Origin: the human T2T-CHM13v2.0 reference genome, Homo sapiens
Reading direction: 5' to 3' (one strand)
NCBI RefSeq assembly: GCF_009914755.1
Contig: NC_060936.1
Length of the DNA stretch: 64,000 nt
The notes under the pieces: model-generated
What the model saw: only the letters and a program-made list of their open reading frames with translations
Database searches by the model: none
What the model was told of the DNA's origin: nothing
Part shown: positions 32,612-50,479 of the stretch, piece by piece
Position numbering within the stretch: the stretch's first letter is position 1
Layout of the letters: each line of letters opens with the position of its first letter
Program-made: the position numbers and the translations under genes

Positions 32612-35600
32612 AGAAAATAGTGGGAATGAGGTAGAAGGCTAGGGATTAAGGCTGGGGTTATTCCAAGCCTGAGTGTTAGTGTCTTCTCAAGATTACCCAC
32701 ACAGTGCTCTGCAAAGACTCAGGCAGTGTTTGTAGGCAGATCTCAATGTTTTTAAGGGACGTGCTGGACCATTTAAAGGTCTTCAGCAGCTGTCTCATGC
32801 AACATGAGCCTATGTTTAAATTAGCACCCAGTTTTCATTTTATTTCAATCCATTTCTAATTTATAATGATTCATTCTTACAGAAATTAACCTACCTTAAG
32901 ATAAATCAAGTTCCTTTGTTTGTCTCCCCACTCTAGAGTTCGAACACATTAGACAGTATTAGGAGTATTCCGCTAAAGTGAAAGGGAATCTAAGCCACCC
33001 ACCTGAAAATAGATATATGAGAACCTGCCTCTACCTTTATATTGAAGCAAGATCAATTTGTTGATTTCATTGAAGTTCTTATACATTGGAGACATGGTTT
33101 AATTAATTATTTATACAGGAATGCAAAATGAAACCCAAAAGTCAGCAAACGGCAGTATGTTTTATGGATTGAAACAAGGAAAAAAAAACTTCCCAAATTG
33201 GACAACTTCATTTAGGGCAGAGGAAAGGGAAAGGCATAAGAAAAGAAGGGAGGAGAAAGAGTGTAAAGTGAGGAGTCATCTCCAAACAGGTAAAATATTT
33301 CCATGTTTTTCAAGCACACATTCTATTTAGAATTGGCAAGACTGTTTTATTCAAAAAAAGGCCTTAAGAGATCTGCAAGTAGGAAAGAATTTAATAAAAG
33401 TATCAAATATTTGTCTATATTTCTGCGATACTTAACACTTCCTTCACATGTAAGCATTTGATCTACAGCCTTATTATACAGTAATTCTTAAATCATACAA
33501 GCTAGTCTCTAGCCCTGCCCATGTTCAAATTCTCACAAATCTTGTCTTAATGAAACATAAAGTACTGGGTAGGTGGGAGAGAGGGGTGCATATTGCAAAT
33601 AGGCTCTGGGTGTTGGCCAAGCCACTTAGCATGAGGGGGTAAAAAGCTAAGCATACATGTGACATGAGGGCAATGAAATAAGGATCTGTGGCTGATTTCA
33701 GGGACCAGCAGTTGTGCCACTGCTGAAACCCCAATTTCCTCCAACTCCCTTTCCATCCACAACGAAATCTCAAGTGACTCCTGAACTGTACTGAGGGCAG
33801 TTGTTACAGCTGCTATAATTCATTCTCTCCCTATCTCTGTCTCAGCAATGTGGGAGCTTTCCTGTCTTCAAACTTGCTATGCACACATGCACGTATGCAC
33901 GCTTGTGTACATGCACATACAACACACACAGTGGCTGATGCTCACTGAGCTCTTCTGAGTTTCCTCTGCCCCACGGTGGCCTTCCCCTACTCTGCTTCCC
34001 TCCCGTTTCTGTGCCAGAGCTAAGGCTTCTCTTGCCTCTCCAGGGGAAATTATCTTTCCAACAGCCAGTCTCCTCCCCAAATTTAGTCCTTCCTTCTCTG
34101 GGGGACTCAATACATTGTTAATGGTTATAAAATCATATCATCTTCATTTTTTTAAAGAGACAGCATAGGCAGGGCAGACAGGGTGAGGGCCAAGGAATAG
34201 GCAGCCTTTACTCATTTACCATGCTTAAATTCCCTATGTGGTTATGTGACCCTGGGCCTGACAATCAGTAACACATGATCTTGGCCCCCTTGATTTCTCT
34301 ATCCATGCAATGACAGTCTGTGCATCCTGCCAGCCAGAGGGTTATAAAGAGTAACTACCCAGCATGCTTAGCTTTGTTCCAAGCTACCAGCAATTATTTC
34401 AGGATAGGATGAGGTACTATGTCAGATACCCATAGGTTCAGAATCCTGAAGCCTACATTTCAATGAAGCAATGTAGCTGCTGATTTACATGTTTGTGTAC
34501 ATTGAAAGCATGTCTGTTAAAAAAAGCTCATTACCTTGAGCTGCCATTCATTAGCTTTAGTGTTTTCTGTTTCTGTGAGGTTCATGAGAGGCTGGGAGAT
34601 GGCACACATTTCTGGTTTATGTGGATCCTCATTCTAAATTTAAACTGAAACACAGATGAAACTGGATTTCACTTGATTTCCACCTTAAGCCATAATTCAT
34701 CTCAGGTTTATTTGAAATGTTCCCTTATCTAGTGTAGGACTTGAGGCAGGTCACGGAGAGGTTCATGAGCCTCAGCAAAAACTTCTCAGCAAACTTGACC
34801 TGAATTTGAGGTTTTGATTCAGAAGTCTGAAGTTTTCATTCAGGAGCTTTGGACAGTCCTCTGCTATCTCTGGTCACAATCTGAAATCCCATCAGACTCA
34901 CTTCAGACCATATGGAATAAGGATAGAGACCTCTATGGCTCTTATTCGTTTGCCACACACTCATTCCAATGTTTCTATATCCTCAGCAGGCCTCACTAGG
35001 CTTCTACAGAGAACATTTTTTTTTCCTTTTTCTTAAAAAAAAAAAGACAGGTATTAGTCTCCGTGGGTGCTAGAAAATGAACCGGTCAAAAAGACTATCA
35101 ATTTCTTGACACTCCATTACATGTGTGGAGGGATTGTTTCCAAAGTGCTTTTCCTACCCTCAACAGATGCTCGCTGCTTTTGAATCTAATAACCACTCCC
35201 AATTGTATAATGTATTAAGATTTTTGAACTGTTATTTATAATTATCTTGGTAACTTTTCAAGAAGGTTCAACGATATAATTTTAACTTTAAAGGTTGCAA
35301 CAAAAATCTAAGTCCTTTAAAATACTTCTCTTAAACTGTGTACAAATTTGTAATAAATAAGACAATATAAAATTGTATATTTTTTAAGTCTGGGATTTAT
35401 ACCACTGAGTTTCCCGATGCCAGTTATTGTCCCTATGTGAGAATCTATTTCCATTACAAGTTCTCATTTATACTTAAATTACTTTTATTTTTACAGTGAA
35501 CTATATTTTGTTACTGCTTTCAGTATAGGTAATAGTAGATCATAAGATGAAATGGAGCAAACCCACATAAAGAAGTTTTTATTAGTTTTGACAATTGGGA

Positions 35601-36021
35601 GAAATTCTTATTTCCTTTGGTGAATAATTCCAGTGAAGGCTTTTTCTCAGTTATAGGGCCTTGACAGACATCTGGCTGCAAAGTATTGGGTTTTTCCTGA
35701 GAATAGTGCTTTATAGTTGATTTCCAAGTTATTTCTCAAATCCTCAGGAAACAGATTAGCTTTGCAGCACAGCCTTATTTATTCAAACATATTAGAAATC
35801 AAAGTGAGTTTGAACTGGTTAAATGAATTGAAGACTATTTGTAAAGAAACACATCTGGATCCCTTTTCAGGCTATATGGTCATTGAAACGTGGCTAACAA
35901 AGTTACTAAGCCAAATCCTTTGAAGGAAACTCATGAATTGAAAAGGAATTTGAGAATAAATTATAATTAACAAGTCTGTTGTTTCCAATAAGTGGGTTAT
36001 TGAAAACTGTTCCCTTAAGAT

Positions 36022-36460
<439 letters not shown>

Positions 36461-36499
36461 CTAGCTAGTTCAGGTATCACTGCTGGCTACATTTTCTAT

Positions 36500-37160
36500 T
36501 TTCTCTTCCATTACCACCACATCCCAGGCAAATAAATAACCCCACACACACATCACCTTCATGTTCTCTGGTCCTCAATAGGCTAATTTTCTCCAACCCA
36601 AGATCACCATCAAGCTTAAAACCTCTTCGATCTGTCTTTATTCCTCTTCCCCAGGGTTCAATCATGGACCACACACACACACAAAAATCCAGCCAATGAT
36701 TTCACAACAATCTCACTAACTTATCTTTATGCCTTTCCATTTCCTTGGTCAGAATGTGGCCTCAGCAACTGATCTTTTGACACCTGCCCTAGCCACAGCC
36801 TCCCAGGCACCCTCTTCACCTCTAACCATCTTCCTATCAATCCATCCCTTAGAAGACTGAGAAATTATTTCTCTGCTCAAAAACCTCCCATGACTCCTAT
36901 TGCCTGAGCGCAGACCTCCTGGCCCAGCCTTTGGGAGCCTTCACATTTGATTCCAGTTCTTTCCAAGGTGAGCTCCAGATTTTTCTCTGGGTATACCTTG
37001 CACTTGAGCAAAGCAGATGATTTGCTGTTCCCCAAATACACTGTAGGCCTTAAAACCTCTTAACATATTCTCATGCCACTCTGTGAGACTGAAATGCCTT
37101 TCTCCCATTTTCTTCTCAAATTCCTTTCATCCCTCAGAGTCCCAAAACAAATATCCCACT
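36500..37160 (+). mobile_element. L2 fragment
   Basis: ctctgctcaaaaacctcccatgactcctattgcc...ctgaaatgcctttctccc; C/T-rich L2 3' region. Confidence 0.55.
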
Positions 37161-37284
37161 CCAAGGTGGGCGGCGGTGTATAATGACTTACAGGCATATT
37201 TTACAGGAAAGCACTAGCCATATTTATAAATAGGTGATTACTGAGTGCCTTTGTAAAGGTGTATATCATATGTGCATGTGCTCA

Positions 37285-37500
37285 CAAGACACTTTACAGT
37301 TAACAAAGAACTTTCACCCATATTATCTCATTTAATTTTATGCCAAACCCATGATATGGACAATATCAACAGTTGACAAATGAAGAAGCTAAATCTGGGA
37401 AAGTTACAAGGATTGCCCCAGCTCACTCAGCTAAAAAGTAACAGAAGCAGAATTCACACACAGGTCTGGTAATAACAACTCCAGGGCTTTCAACCATGTC
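37285..37500 (-). mobile_element. MIR SINE
   Basis: actttacagttaacaaagaactttcacccatattatctcatttaat...gacaaatgaagaagct. Confidence 0.7.
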
Positions 37501-38528
37501 ACAATTCTAATGGGACAGTGTCATGGATGAAATAACATGGATGAAATACCTTCCATAGCAGATGGGAAAAGACGCCAGGCCACAGAGGGTCATGGAAGTT
37601 TTCTGAGTAGAGCGGTGACATGATCAAAGCGCTGTGGCAGGAAGATTGATCTGGTGGTGCTGCAGGGCAGGGGCAGGGAAGCCCCGCTGGAAACCAGCTC
37701 CAGTGCCTCTAAACTCCTGTGACTCTTTGTTTACGCTCCCCAGGAAACATTTATCTGGTGCTGCAAATTGGTTATTTATTTGTTTATTTACTCCTTTCCT
37801 ACTAACACTTTCTGCTTTAGAGCAGAAAGAATTTAAGGTGGCTTTAAACTGCCTTACATTTCACAACTATACTAATACAATTAAATCTTATCTGCTTTGT
37901 TTGATTTTAAGCCTTGAGCATAAAGTATATGTAACTTACATCTTCATAATCAGATGTTTGACATGGGGCCATGTTGATAGTGATGTCCAAAATCCAATGA
38001 ATGAATGAATGGCCTCTGAGAGGTTTCTGCTAAAGATAGGATGGGATAAATTACAGTATTTGATACTTCAAAATAATGTGCAGCCTTTAGTTGAATGAAG
38101 CAGATCTATTATGAATTGAAAAGGTGAGGAGACGGCGATACACTTTGAGTCATAAGATACATACATGGATCTGAAAAAAAATCGTGTGCATATGTGTATG
38201 TGTGTGGTGCACAATTTCATAAATTCACCCATCACATAAAATTATTAACACTGGTTGCCTCTGGGAAAATTACTTGGATTATGGGAAGAGTCATGTAGAC
38301 TTTTAGGTTACAGATTGTATCCAGAGGTTATATAATTCTGTATAGTTTTGTACACACTAGAAAACACATTTTACCATGAGTTTGTATGACTTTTGTGTGC
38401 ACAGAGAATTTGGTAATGTAAACCATATATAACCAAGGGCTAAAACTACAGTTTCCTGTTGTCTTGTTGCCCCAGCCAAGGTTTAAAAGTAACTTGTAGT
38501 ATAATATCTCTCATGTGCTACATATCTT

Positions 38529-39542
<1,014 letters not shown>

Positions 39543-39991
39543 TCTTCATTAGCTTAGTCCTGGAGATTCTTTTCAGCTTGTAACCAAGATCTACCTTTCA
39601 GTTTAACTTCCTGCTCCATGTTGCCTGCCCTACAGATAGGCACAAAAGATACCCCATACATGGGCTCCTGGTTCCTTTTTGTCTTTCTTTTTTTCCAGGA
39701 ATTTTAATTGTACACACTGGCTCCTCCTGATTTGATCTCCTTCTGCTTGGGACTAGCAACTTGGATCCAGCTCAGCTGCCAGAAATAGCCTCCTCTGGTA
39801 AAGTTCTGCAATGTTTATTGACATTTTGGGTACAGGTCCTTCAGACCTTAGTTACATGTGTTAAACCACCTTAGATCTGTCCTTTTTCTTTAAGTAGAAA
39901 AAAATACCATCACATCTAATTCATTCCACTCTCCACCTCTCTGCCATTGCCACCCCCAGAACAACAGCCACTATTTTTCAGAAAGAAATTA

Positions 39992-40260
<269 letters not shown>

Positions 40261-41289
40261 TGATCTTTCTTTTCCTTGCATTTGAGTGTTTTTGTTTTGA
40301 AAAGTATAGTTTTTCTCTGAAATCATTCCTACTTATTCACCCACCACAGAATACCTTCCTTAAATTTCATTAGATCTCACTTATGTTCAATTCTTGTAAC
40401 ATGCTAATGATGATCAAAATAGTCTGGCCTCATCTGAGAGCTGTGTGTAATTTTGTCCTGTTTGACCAGGTGAACTGCATCATAAACACTGAGGCTATTG
40501 AATACATCTTTAGAGATCTGAGGAGGCTGTAGCTCACAGACACTCTCTACCATTACTGTCACCATCTTTTCTACTTCCCTCAACTTCTTACTGAGCAGGA
40601 TGGAGCCTCAGGGGCACTGTAGCCCTCGCAGTCAAGTCTGAAATTAAGATCCCTTTTCCAAAGAAACATCAAAAATACCCCTACGTGCTCTACCATCCCC
40701 ACTCCTCACATACCTGCCACAGGTTGTATCATACCTGACATGCTCCTGATCACACCTGAGATGTGTAGAGCTAAACTGAGGGCACTAGGCAAAGCTTTGA
40801 CAACAGATCCTCTAGAAAAATTCAGAACAGATTTGTGGAGTTCACGGTGAATTGTACTTGTGCTACTTTGATTTCACCAAGAATCCACTTTCCAGGCAGA
40901 TTTATTCTCTCTTACCTCTCTGCCCTGAAAATTGAATCAAGTCGCGGGTTTAATATTTTGCAGTCGCAGATTCCTTGAGAACCTGATGAAAACCGTGGGA
41001 ACTCCTCTTCCTGAAAAATGCACTTCTGTTCATACACATGAAAATGAACAACTTCAAGTCATTTGTCTCTCCCAAGGCTCCTCTCCTAAAGGTTCTTTCT
41101 TAGATCCTAGGTTAAGAACCTGTAAATAAAGGAAAGAAATTGATCTTCTAGAGCGAAGTGTAAAGTAAAAAGATTCTGAATGGAGCTCATAGATGATTCT
41201 CACAGGACAGAGGATGAGGCAGGAGATGGTGGCATTTAGGGAAACAGTAAAAGAGGTGGTAAAATAAAGAATTATAAGCATATGAGTGA

Positions 41290-41460
41290 GGCTGGGCTCT
41301 ATCCTATATCAACCTTGGACAAGTTACTTAACCTCCCCTAAACCTCATTGTCCCTAACTATATAATGGGGATAATTACAGTTTCTTGGGGATGGTTAGTG
41401 AGTGAGGTAATTATGAAGCGCTTCTTACAATGCCTGCACAAATTCTACCTATTAACGTTT
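41290..41460 (+). mobile_element. MIR SINE
   Basis: accttggacaagttacttaacctcccctaaacctcatt...ataatggggataat. Confidence 0.8.
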
Positions 41461-41500
41461 CAGGCACTGAAAGGATTCTTTATATTGTAGTGTGAATTAA

Positions 41501-42067
<567 letters not shown>

Positions 42068-45000
42068 GTAATGCTAGCTCACTGAAAGCAATTTGCACTT
42101 TGAACCCCCTTTCACTGCAGGAAGTCATCTCTGTCAGTCCTTGGTTAAAAGGTGGATGGGCACAAGGTAAAGGAGAAAGACACCTTTGTACTCTTGCATC
42201 TTTGAAACAGCTAAGTTAGACTTGCATGAAGATTAATATTGAAAGCCAAGGGAGAAGGACTGCAGCAGAGATTTCAGAGTAAGGAGGCACATCTGGTCCC
42301 GGGTCTCAAGCCATCTGTGTGCTCCCGGCTTTATTTGAACACAATGATTAAAATACGTATGTGGCCAGCCACAGGCATGGTGTTCGGTCATCCGGAAGAA
42401 AGGTCCTGTGGCTCAGCCCACAAACCTAAACTGAGCAAAGATGTCAACTTCATGAGTTAAAAAATATTGCTTCAAATGGCAAGCATGCTGACAGTATATC
42501 TAGAACAAAGGAGCACTGCTATGTTGTAAACATAGTTGCTGTCGTGCAGAGGCATTAGTAACCAAGTAGGACAAATGTTAAGCTGATCTGTGAGGTGGCC
42601 AGAATCTTGAGGCCTTTGGGTACTGATGGTAACAATGCTTCATGATTTGGCCATGTAATACATCGTCCTGACCACTGCTTTTGATAGAATTTCATTATTG
42701 TGATAAGTAATGTGGTTAAAAGAGCCAAGCATGGGTTTCTCATTCACCTTGCTCTGTTTTCATTCTACTGGCTTCCATGGTCCGAGAGAGCCTTCTTGTC
42801 TCCCCTGTTAACTCTCCATGGAAAGTATGTAGCACCTTTAAAATGATGACTTACTGATGTTTGAGGAGATTGAAGCTTTTCTTTATTAATTTCTATATCA
42901 GTATTCTCAAATGCTTGAAGTATATGTAAAGATTTTATTTCATATTCTATCAAAACAGATGTATAACACTTCTAGTTTAATCATTCAGGTGCGTATAATC
43001 TTAAAACATTGAAAGGAAGACAGCTGTATGTGTGCTTATTTTTTCTTAGTGTATATATATGTTACAAACATATCAAGCTGTTTGATGAATATTTATGTTT
43101 CTGGATTTCATTTTATTTCTAGGAATGAAATCTGAAACAGCTCTGAGATTATTTAAGTAGATTACTTAAAGCAAAACATTGATTGTGCAACTTGTTTTGT
43201 TTTTTAAATATTTAAAGGCCCATGAGTTGTTTGACCCTGCAAACAAGAGATGTTGGTTTCTAACTTGGTCTGATCTTCATTAACAACTATTCCTTTCTTA
43301 TAAACAGAAGGGATAGAGAGGCAAAGCAGTCTGACTTCTTCCAAATCTTATGCTTCTCACTCCAATTTCTCTCTCTCTCTGTTTTTGGTATGGTAGCCAG
43401 TTAACTTTTTAATGGATTTGTTAACTGTCGGTTAAGAGGGCAATTACATTTTGGAATCTTCACTTTATGAGAATTCCAAGGATTTGTAGGACTGTCTGTG
43501 ATAAGTGACAATGTTTATTCTAAGGGAATGCTAAAGGAGCCTAAGTTCATTGGTGCGTATTTCACATTTTGTTTTGTTTCTTTGATTAATTGAAAACTCT
43601 TACAGGTCAAGCGGGCTTTTTAAAAAATGAAAGGTCTCATTCCAGGGAGAGGCCCATTGTATTTGTGAATGAATTAAAAGTTTATTGAAGAAAAGGGTAG
43701 AGTGTATTTCAATCACTGTTAATTGAAGTGGAGCTAATAAGCTAAGAAGTAAAACATTATTAAATTCCCAGGTATGTTTTACAGGATATGCCAATATCTT
43801 GAATATCTTTTTCTTGGTAATTCCAAAGGTCGGAGGTTTTGTTTATTTGTTTGTTTTTACTAAGTATTTTACTATATAAACTTTTTCCTAGAAAAGCTTT
43901 CATAGTCGTAGGGTTTCAAAATATTAATCAATTTAGTAAAAGATCTGGTCAAACTTTGAACATCCACATTTAGTTCAGTAAAGTAGTCATATTTTATGCA
44001 ATTCTTTCTCAGATGAATAATTTTACTTTTACTAGATATGTAATTTATGTAAAATCATAAAGTTCAGGGGAATGAAATTGCTAAAATGAAGAACTGACTT
44101 GCTGTAATGTGTGATAAACTTCTTCTTTGTTTCCATTATTTTTAGTTTGGTTTGGTTTTCTAAGAATTTGCACCCTTAATTTTGGAATTCATTATTTCAA
44201 ACTTCAATAATCCTGAAAAGGAAAACTCATATTATGGAATTCTTTATGATTTTAATGTGATCATTCCCTTTTACCTAGAAAAGGACAAGAATTTGCCCCT
44301 AACTCAGCTAAGTTTATGAAAAAGCTTGAAAAATGGCAAATGTTTTATATAGGCAAAGATATCCACAGTGGCATGACCTTTCCTGCCTTCAAGTTTTATT
44401 ATTTGAAATGTTCATGCCACTCCTCTAGAAATGCTAACCTTATTTGTCTAAGACTCTTCATTTTTTTTTTTAGGCAAAAGGAGGGAAGTAATTTGCAAGG
44501 AGTTTAGCGTTGTGATAATGTACAGGGGTTCATGCTTTAGTGAGAGTTCAGAAATGAATTACAAATAAAGGCAGTTTAGTTTTCTGATCTCTAGAAATGG
44601 AGAGGAAGTTCATGGTTTATGAAAGAGAGAAGCAATAATGTGTTTACCTTGTAAGACAGTGAACTGCAGCAGGGAATGAAAATATATACATATGAAAAGG
44701 TTAAGACAGTTGTAGTAAAACAACTTAAACAACAAATTTCATGAAGATGAAATGTGAGAGAACATTGAACATTCTCCCTCTTAGTGTTTGGTTCTTAAAT
44801 ACAATTCTAAGACATGTTCTCTTAGGCTTTGTGTTTCATTCTTGCCTCTGTTGCTGATACTAAATGATCAAAAATAAATGTTTGGATGGATTTTGCCTAT
44901 TCACAATCTCTTGATTGCTCTCGGGATTTAGGAAAGATAAAGTGTGTGGTGTGACAAACACACACCACAAATCCGTACATTTTCAAAAATAACACTGAGA

Positions 45001-45477
45001 TTCAAATGTTGTTCCTCTGCTTTTTTATCTGAAACTGAGAGGTTTACTCCTATTTCCAAAAGATCTTTTAAACTAGATAAGAGTTTTCAACCATCACTTT
45101 CCTTTTCCGCCAGCCATATTTATCTCTTCATCTTTCAATAAGGTCCTCATATGTTAATTTTGGCCTTCCTCTAGTCAAGCGTCCTGTTATGGCATCAGAT
45201 AGAAAGAATAATGTGGAAAAGAGGACAGTAAACAGATGGAAATGTCAACAGATAAGAAGGATTGGAAACAAGAGGTTAAGGCAATGCTATACTACAAAGG
45301 TGTGGAAAAAGTGGAAGAATCTGGGAAGATTCATTATATTAGGCCTGTAAAACATTTGAGATTTTTCAGAGGAGTGCTGAGAAAGGAGAAAAGTAGTCAA
45401 CAAAGCAAAAAATAGAACGGGAGGAGCTCTGCGATTTGGGGCTATATCCAAAGGCCAGCTGCAGATTTGAAACAGGT

Positions 45478-45606
45478 GTGATGGATACCCCATTTACCCT
45501 GATGTGATTATTAAGCATTATATGCCTGTATCAAAATATCTCACGTACCCCGTAAATATATACACCTATTATACACCCACAAAAATTCAAAAATTAAAAA
45601 AAAAAA
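45478..45606 (+). mobile_element. Short L1MA1-3-type 3' end
   Basis: gatggataccccatttaccctgatgtgattatt...gcctgtatcaaaatatctcacgtaccccgtaaatatatacacct plus A tail. Confidence 0.85.
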
Positions 45607-46203
45607 GCTTAGGTGCCCCAGGGCACACTTTGCCTTATGACACTTTTTGGTTGTTTGAAAACACGGGGCTTAACAAGATGGTGAAAGGGGGGTCCTCGGG
45701 GAAGAAGATATTTTTCTTCTTCCCAGGACTAGCAGTCTGAATTTTGGGACCCCTCTGGATCCTCCCTTCAAATCATCCTAAGGCCTCTTTTTCGACTGTG
45801 AGTCAAAATCTGGGGGGGCGCAAGGAGATTGATTGAGTATATCTCCTCAGTTACCGAGGTTTTGTTAAGATCTTTCTGACGCTTCCAGAATGATTCCAGA
45901 AAGCATGCTCTAAATTCAGCAGGCTGACCATATCTCCTTGTTTGTTCCAAGCAGACATAGTTTGCACTCATTATCCCAGCACAATTCTTATTCTAGCATA
46001 ATTAGCACATCTATCACTCAGAAATAGATGATAAATTCCAAGGTCATCCTAAAGTTTAGGCTCTGCAATCTCTAGAAGACCCAAAAATCTATCAGCGCTT
46101 TTGAATTTGGAGGAGTAGCTAGCCAGAGTAGCCAGCTCACAAGTTGGCAAAGGACATTAACTTCCTGAAGTCTCCCTGAAAGCTGGGGAGTGAAGACGAC
46201 AAT

Positions 46204-46903
<700 letters not shown>

Positions 46904-47260
46904 ACAATCATTAGCTAAAATCATCCTGAGGTCTAAATATGCAGACATGACTGGCATATCTGGCTTCAGAAGAAAGGCAATAAATTTAACTCTTGGGTCA
47001 GGAATTCTCACATTTGGGGACATGCATTTTGTTTGTGGAGATTTTACAAACTACAATCCCTGGATTCCACCCTTAGAATGTATGACTCACTGAGTTCGGG
47101 CTGGGTCCCTGAAACCCTCTGGTATGAATACTTATGTTCACTTCTAATGGTGAATTAGTTCCTTAAGACATGCTAAATAATGTTAAGTTTCACTAGTATA
47201 TTCATTCAACTTATCAAAAGAAAAAATAATTTAAATTGCCTTTTTAAATTAAATTAAATT

Positions 47261-47762
47261 TAGTTGTCTTTTTGACAACTCAGGGGGTTAGGGGTACCAA
47301 CCCTGAACAATTGAAAATTTAAATATAACTTTTGATTTCCCAAATCTTAACTACTGATAGCCTACTAATGACACCTTACCAATAACAAATAGTTGATTAA
47401 CACATATTTTGTACATTATATGTATTATAGACTGTATCCTTACAAGGAAGTAAGCTAGAGAAAAATAGAATGTTATTAATAAAATCATGAGGAAAAGAAA
47501 ATATATTCACTTGTTCATTGAGTGGAAGTGGATCATCAAAAAGGTCTTCATCCTCATTGTCTTCACATTGAGTAGGTTGAGTGGGAGGAAGAAAAGGAGG
47601 GATTGGTCTTGCTGTCACAGGGGTGACAGAAGGAGAAAAAGTAAAGGAGGTGGAAGGGAAGGCAGGAGAGGCACGCATATGTGGTATAACTTTCATTGAA
47701 AAAAGAATCTGCACATGAGTGGACATGAGCAGTTTAAACCTGGGTTGTTCAAGAGTCGACTG
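47261..47762 (-). mobile_element. Tigger2-derived (Tigger2a/2b-like) DNA transposon
   Basis: Terminus gggttgttcaagagtcgactg|ta (TIR cagttgacccttgaacaac); internal aagtggatcatcaaaaaggtcttcatcctcattgtcttcacattgagtagg. Confidence 0.85.
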
Positions 47763-48578
47763 TACAAGTAAAAAAACTAACAATAAAAAGCAAGCATGTT
47801 CTTCATCTTTCAGCCACTTTGGAAAAAGGCAACCCAATACAGCAATAAAACTATAGAAATCCATAATATAAACTTGTAGGAGGCTTATTTTAACAACAAT
47901 TATCTTTTTCAAAACATTACTTTCATTATCATATTTGATTATAAAGCCAACTTATGATGCAGGAATTATTATAACCATTGAAAAAAATGAGGTTCAGAGA
48001 GTTTATGTCGTCAGCCCAAACTAGTAGATGGCTATTTTTTTAAACCTCAAATAAATTGTAGAAATACAGAAGAAAAACAAACAAACAAACAAACAAAAAA
48101 GAATCTACTACCAAAAACAATATCCTAATGGAATACAACTGCATATTTTTTATTTCCATGCAGAACTTCACAATAAACAACCAGAAGGATCTCAGATCCA
48201 GTTTTCTTGGCCAGTTGGTCTAGAATATTCTAAACATTAAGGTAAATTAAGCAAGTAGTTGAGGTACAGTTTTGTAAGCATGCTTTGCTTAGTGACTTGT
48301 TATAATTCAATAACTTTATAATCAAGAAAGTCTTCAGGGTCTAATGTCAGTTTCTCCCAATGCTATTAAAGTCTCCTTTCTTCTTATTAAATCTTTCAGC
48401 ATGTCCCAACTCCAGGGCTCTAAGGATAACCCTTAAATAACCGAATATGATTGCTAGTAACTTGAATCTTTTCTTTCAGGGTCATAATCTTAAATCCTTT
48501 CATATTTTCAATTGATGTAACTTAAATTTCTAATCCTGGTGATGCTTTTCTCTGAAATACCTCAAATTCTCATATTGA

Positions 48579-48909
<331 letters not shown>

Positions 48910-50479
48910 TTAGTATCTTCTATGCTATTAATACTACACGTGCCCTCCCCCAAAACACTACTTATTTGGTGATCTTTCTGAATTTTCTTACTTCTCTTAC
49001 TAGAAGACATAATTTTAGTTAAATTGGCACTCAGAGAATGATATGATGGTATAGGTGGTACTGCTTGAACACTTACTTCCTCTGTGTTGTAGGAAATTTT
49101 AATGATTTTACTCATTAAAGTACTTTTTTTATTTATTTTACTCAATAAAGTACTATTGTACTTTATTTTTTATAGGAAAAATACGTGATTTATTGATGTA
49201 CTTATGTTGTTCTTTATAAACTAAAATTCTTTCAGTTTCTTCCTTTTTCTTTTCCAATTCTCCACCTCTCCTCCCAGTACACCTCACCCTATAGGTAAGA
49301 TTCCAGTTTCCAGGAGAAGGGATAAAGCCAGCTAAATTAAATTTCACCTTTCACCTATTTCTGCTGTGATCTATAACACCCCACTTAAGGTATTCAAGAT
49401 TTTTCATTAGCTAAAATATTTTCTTGTTTAGGAAGCTTTAGTAGAAATATAAAGAATTGAGTTTCTGTTTTTCCTTTTATCAACAAAATACCTATTAATC
49501 ATTTTGATTGTATATGCACATGGCTCTATTAAAACTAGAAAGCATAATTACATAAAATTAAGTAAAATGTACCATACCTTTTTGATAAAATGAAAAATAA
49601 ATTACATTTATCTTTTCTTTGCTAAATAAAATGTATTTTTGTAAGTTTTGACTACATTTGACAACACTTAAATGAGTAAGTTTTGACTAATGATTATATC
49701 CCTTGTATTTTCTCTTAATAATAATTTAAATTGTTTTTAATTAGCTGGGGCACGTGCAGTTTAAATTTTCTAATAGTCTAGGGATAGAACAACTCTTAAC
49801 ATATTTTTAAACATCGATAGTGTCAGTTTTCAAACCTGGATGTTATTCAAGTCCACTTCATGTTAACATATTTTTCTCTGTGGATAACAAATACAACAGA
49901 AAAATTTTGCCAGTGTAAATAGCCAATGGAATTATGAATAATCATGTTAATAATGTTAATAAAAAGGTACAGTTAAATGAGGGAGACAATTAGTTCACAC
50001 CATTTTGGTTTATTTATTTAGCAGTGAGCATTGTATAACATGTCAATCCCGGGAAAAAGAAACAGACATAAAGGGGCTTAACATTACTAATAAAACAATC
50101 AGTATCAAAATATTTTATGTAACAATTTGTCCGTGTTCATATAATAATCTGTCAACTCTGTGATTTGCTTATTATGTGAATTAACTCCATAATCGCTCTG
50201 AGATTGAATTCAGTGACACCGTTTAACTGCTTCTGGTTTGGGGGCTTTTACTCGATATTTTTAGGTAAGGAGCTGTCAGGCTAATCTGAGGACATTTAGG
50301 GAAAGCCAATAAACTGTCACGAACTTAAAACAAGTGAGGTTTCTCGTGGTTTGGTCGAAATTTTAACACTTCTCCTCTCCTACCCTTCACCTCTTCTCCT
50401 CAAAACACTTTTTTTTCTTTTACAATAACTGTAAATGCCAGCTCTAAATTTCCCTCCAATCTGGGAAAGTCCAATCTCC

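Noticed and set aside
37522-37548. 13-bp direct repeat catggatgaaata x2
   Set aside because: Ordinary micro-duplication with no further structure
44642-44684. Possible 16-nt minus-strand microexon (ccctgctgcag|ttcactgtcttacaag|gtaaac)
   Set aside because: Weak donor, length not a multiple of three, and no supporting gene context; likely chance
47397-47912. 171-aa ORF with an acidic EDNEDEDLFDDPLPLNE segment
   Set aside because: Lies across the Tigger2-derived element; non-ATG start; repeat translation
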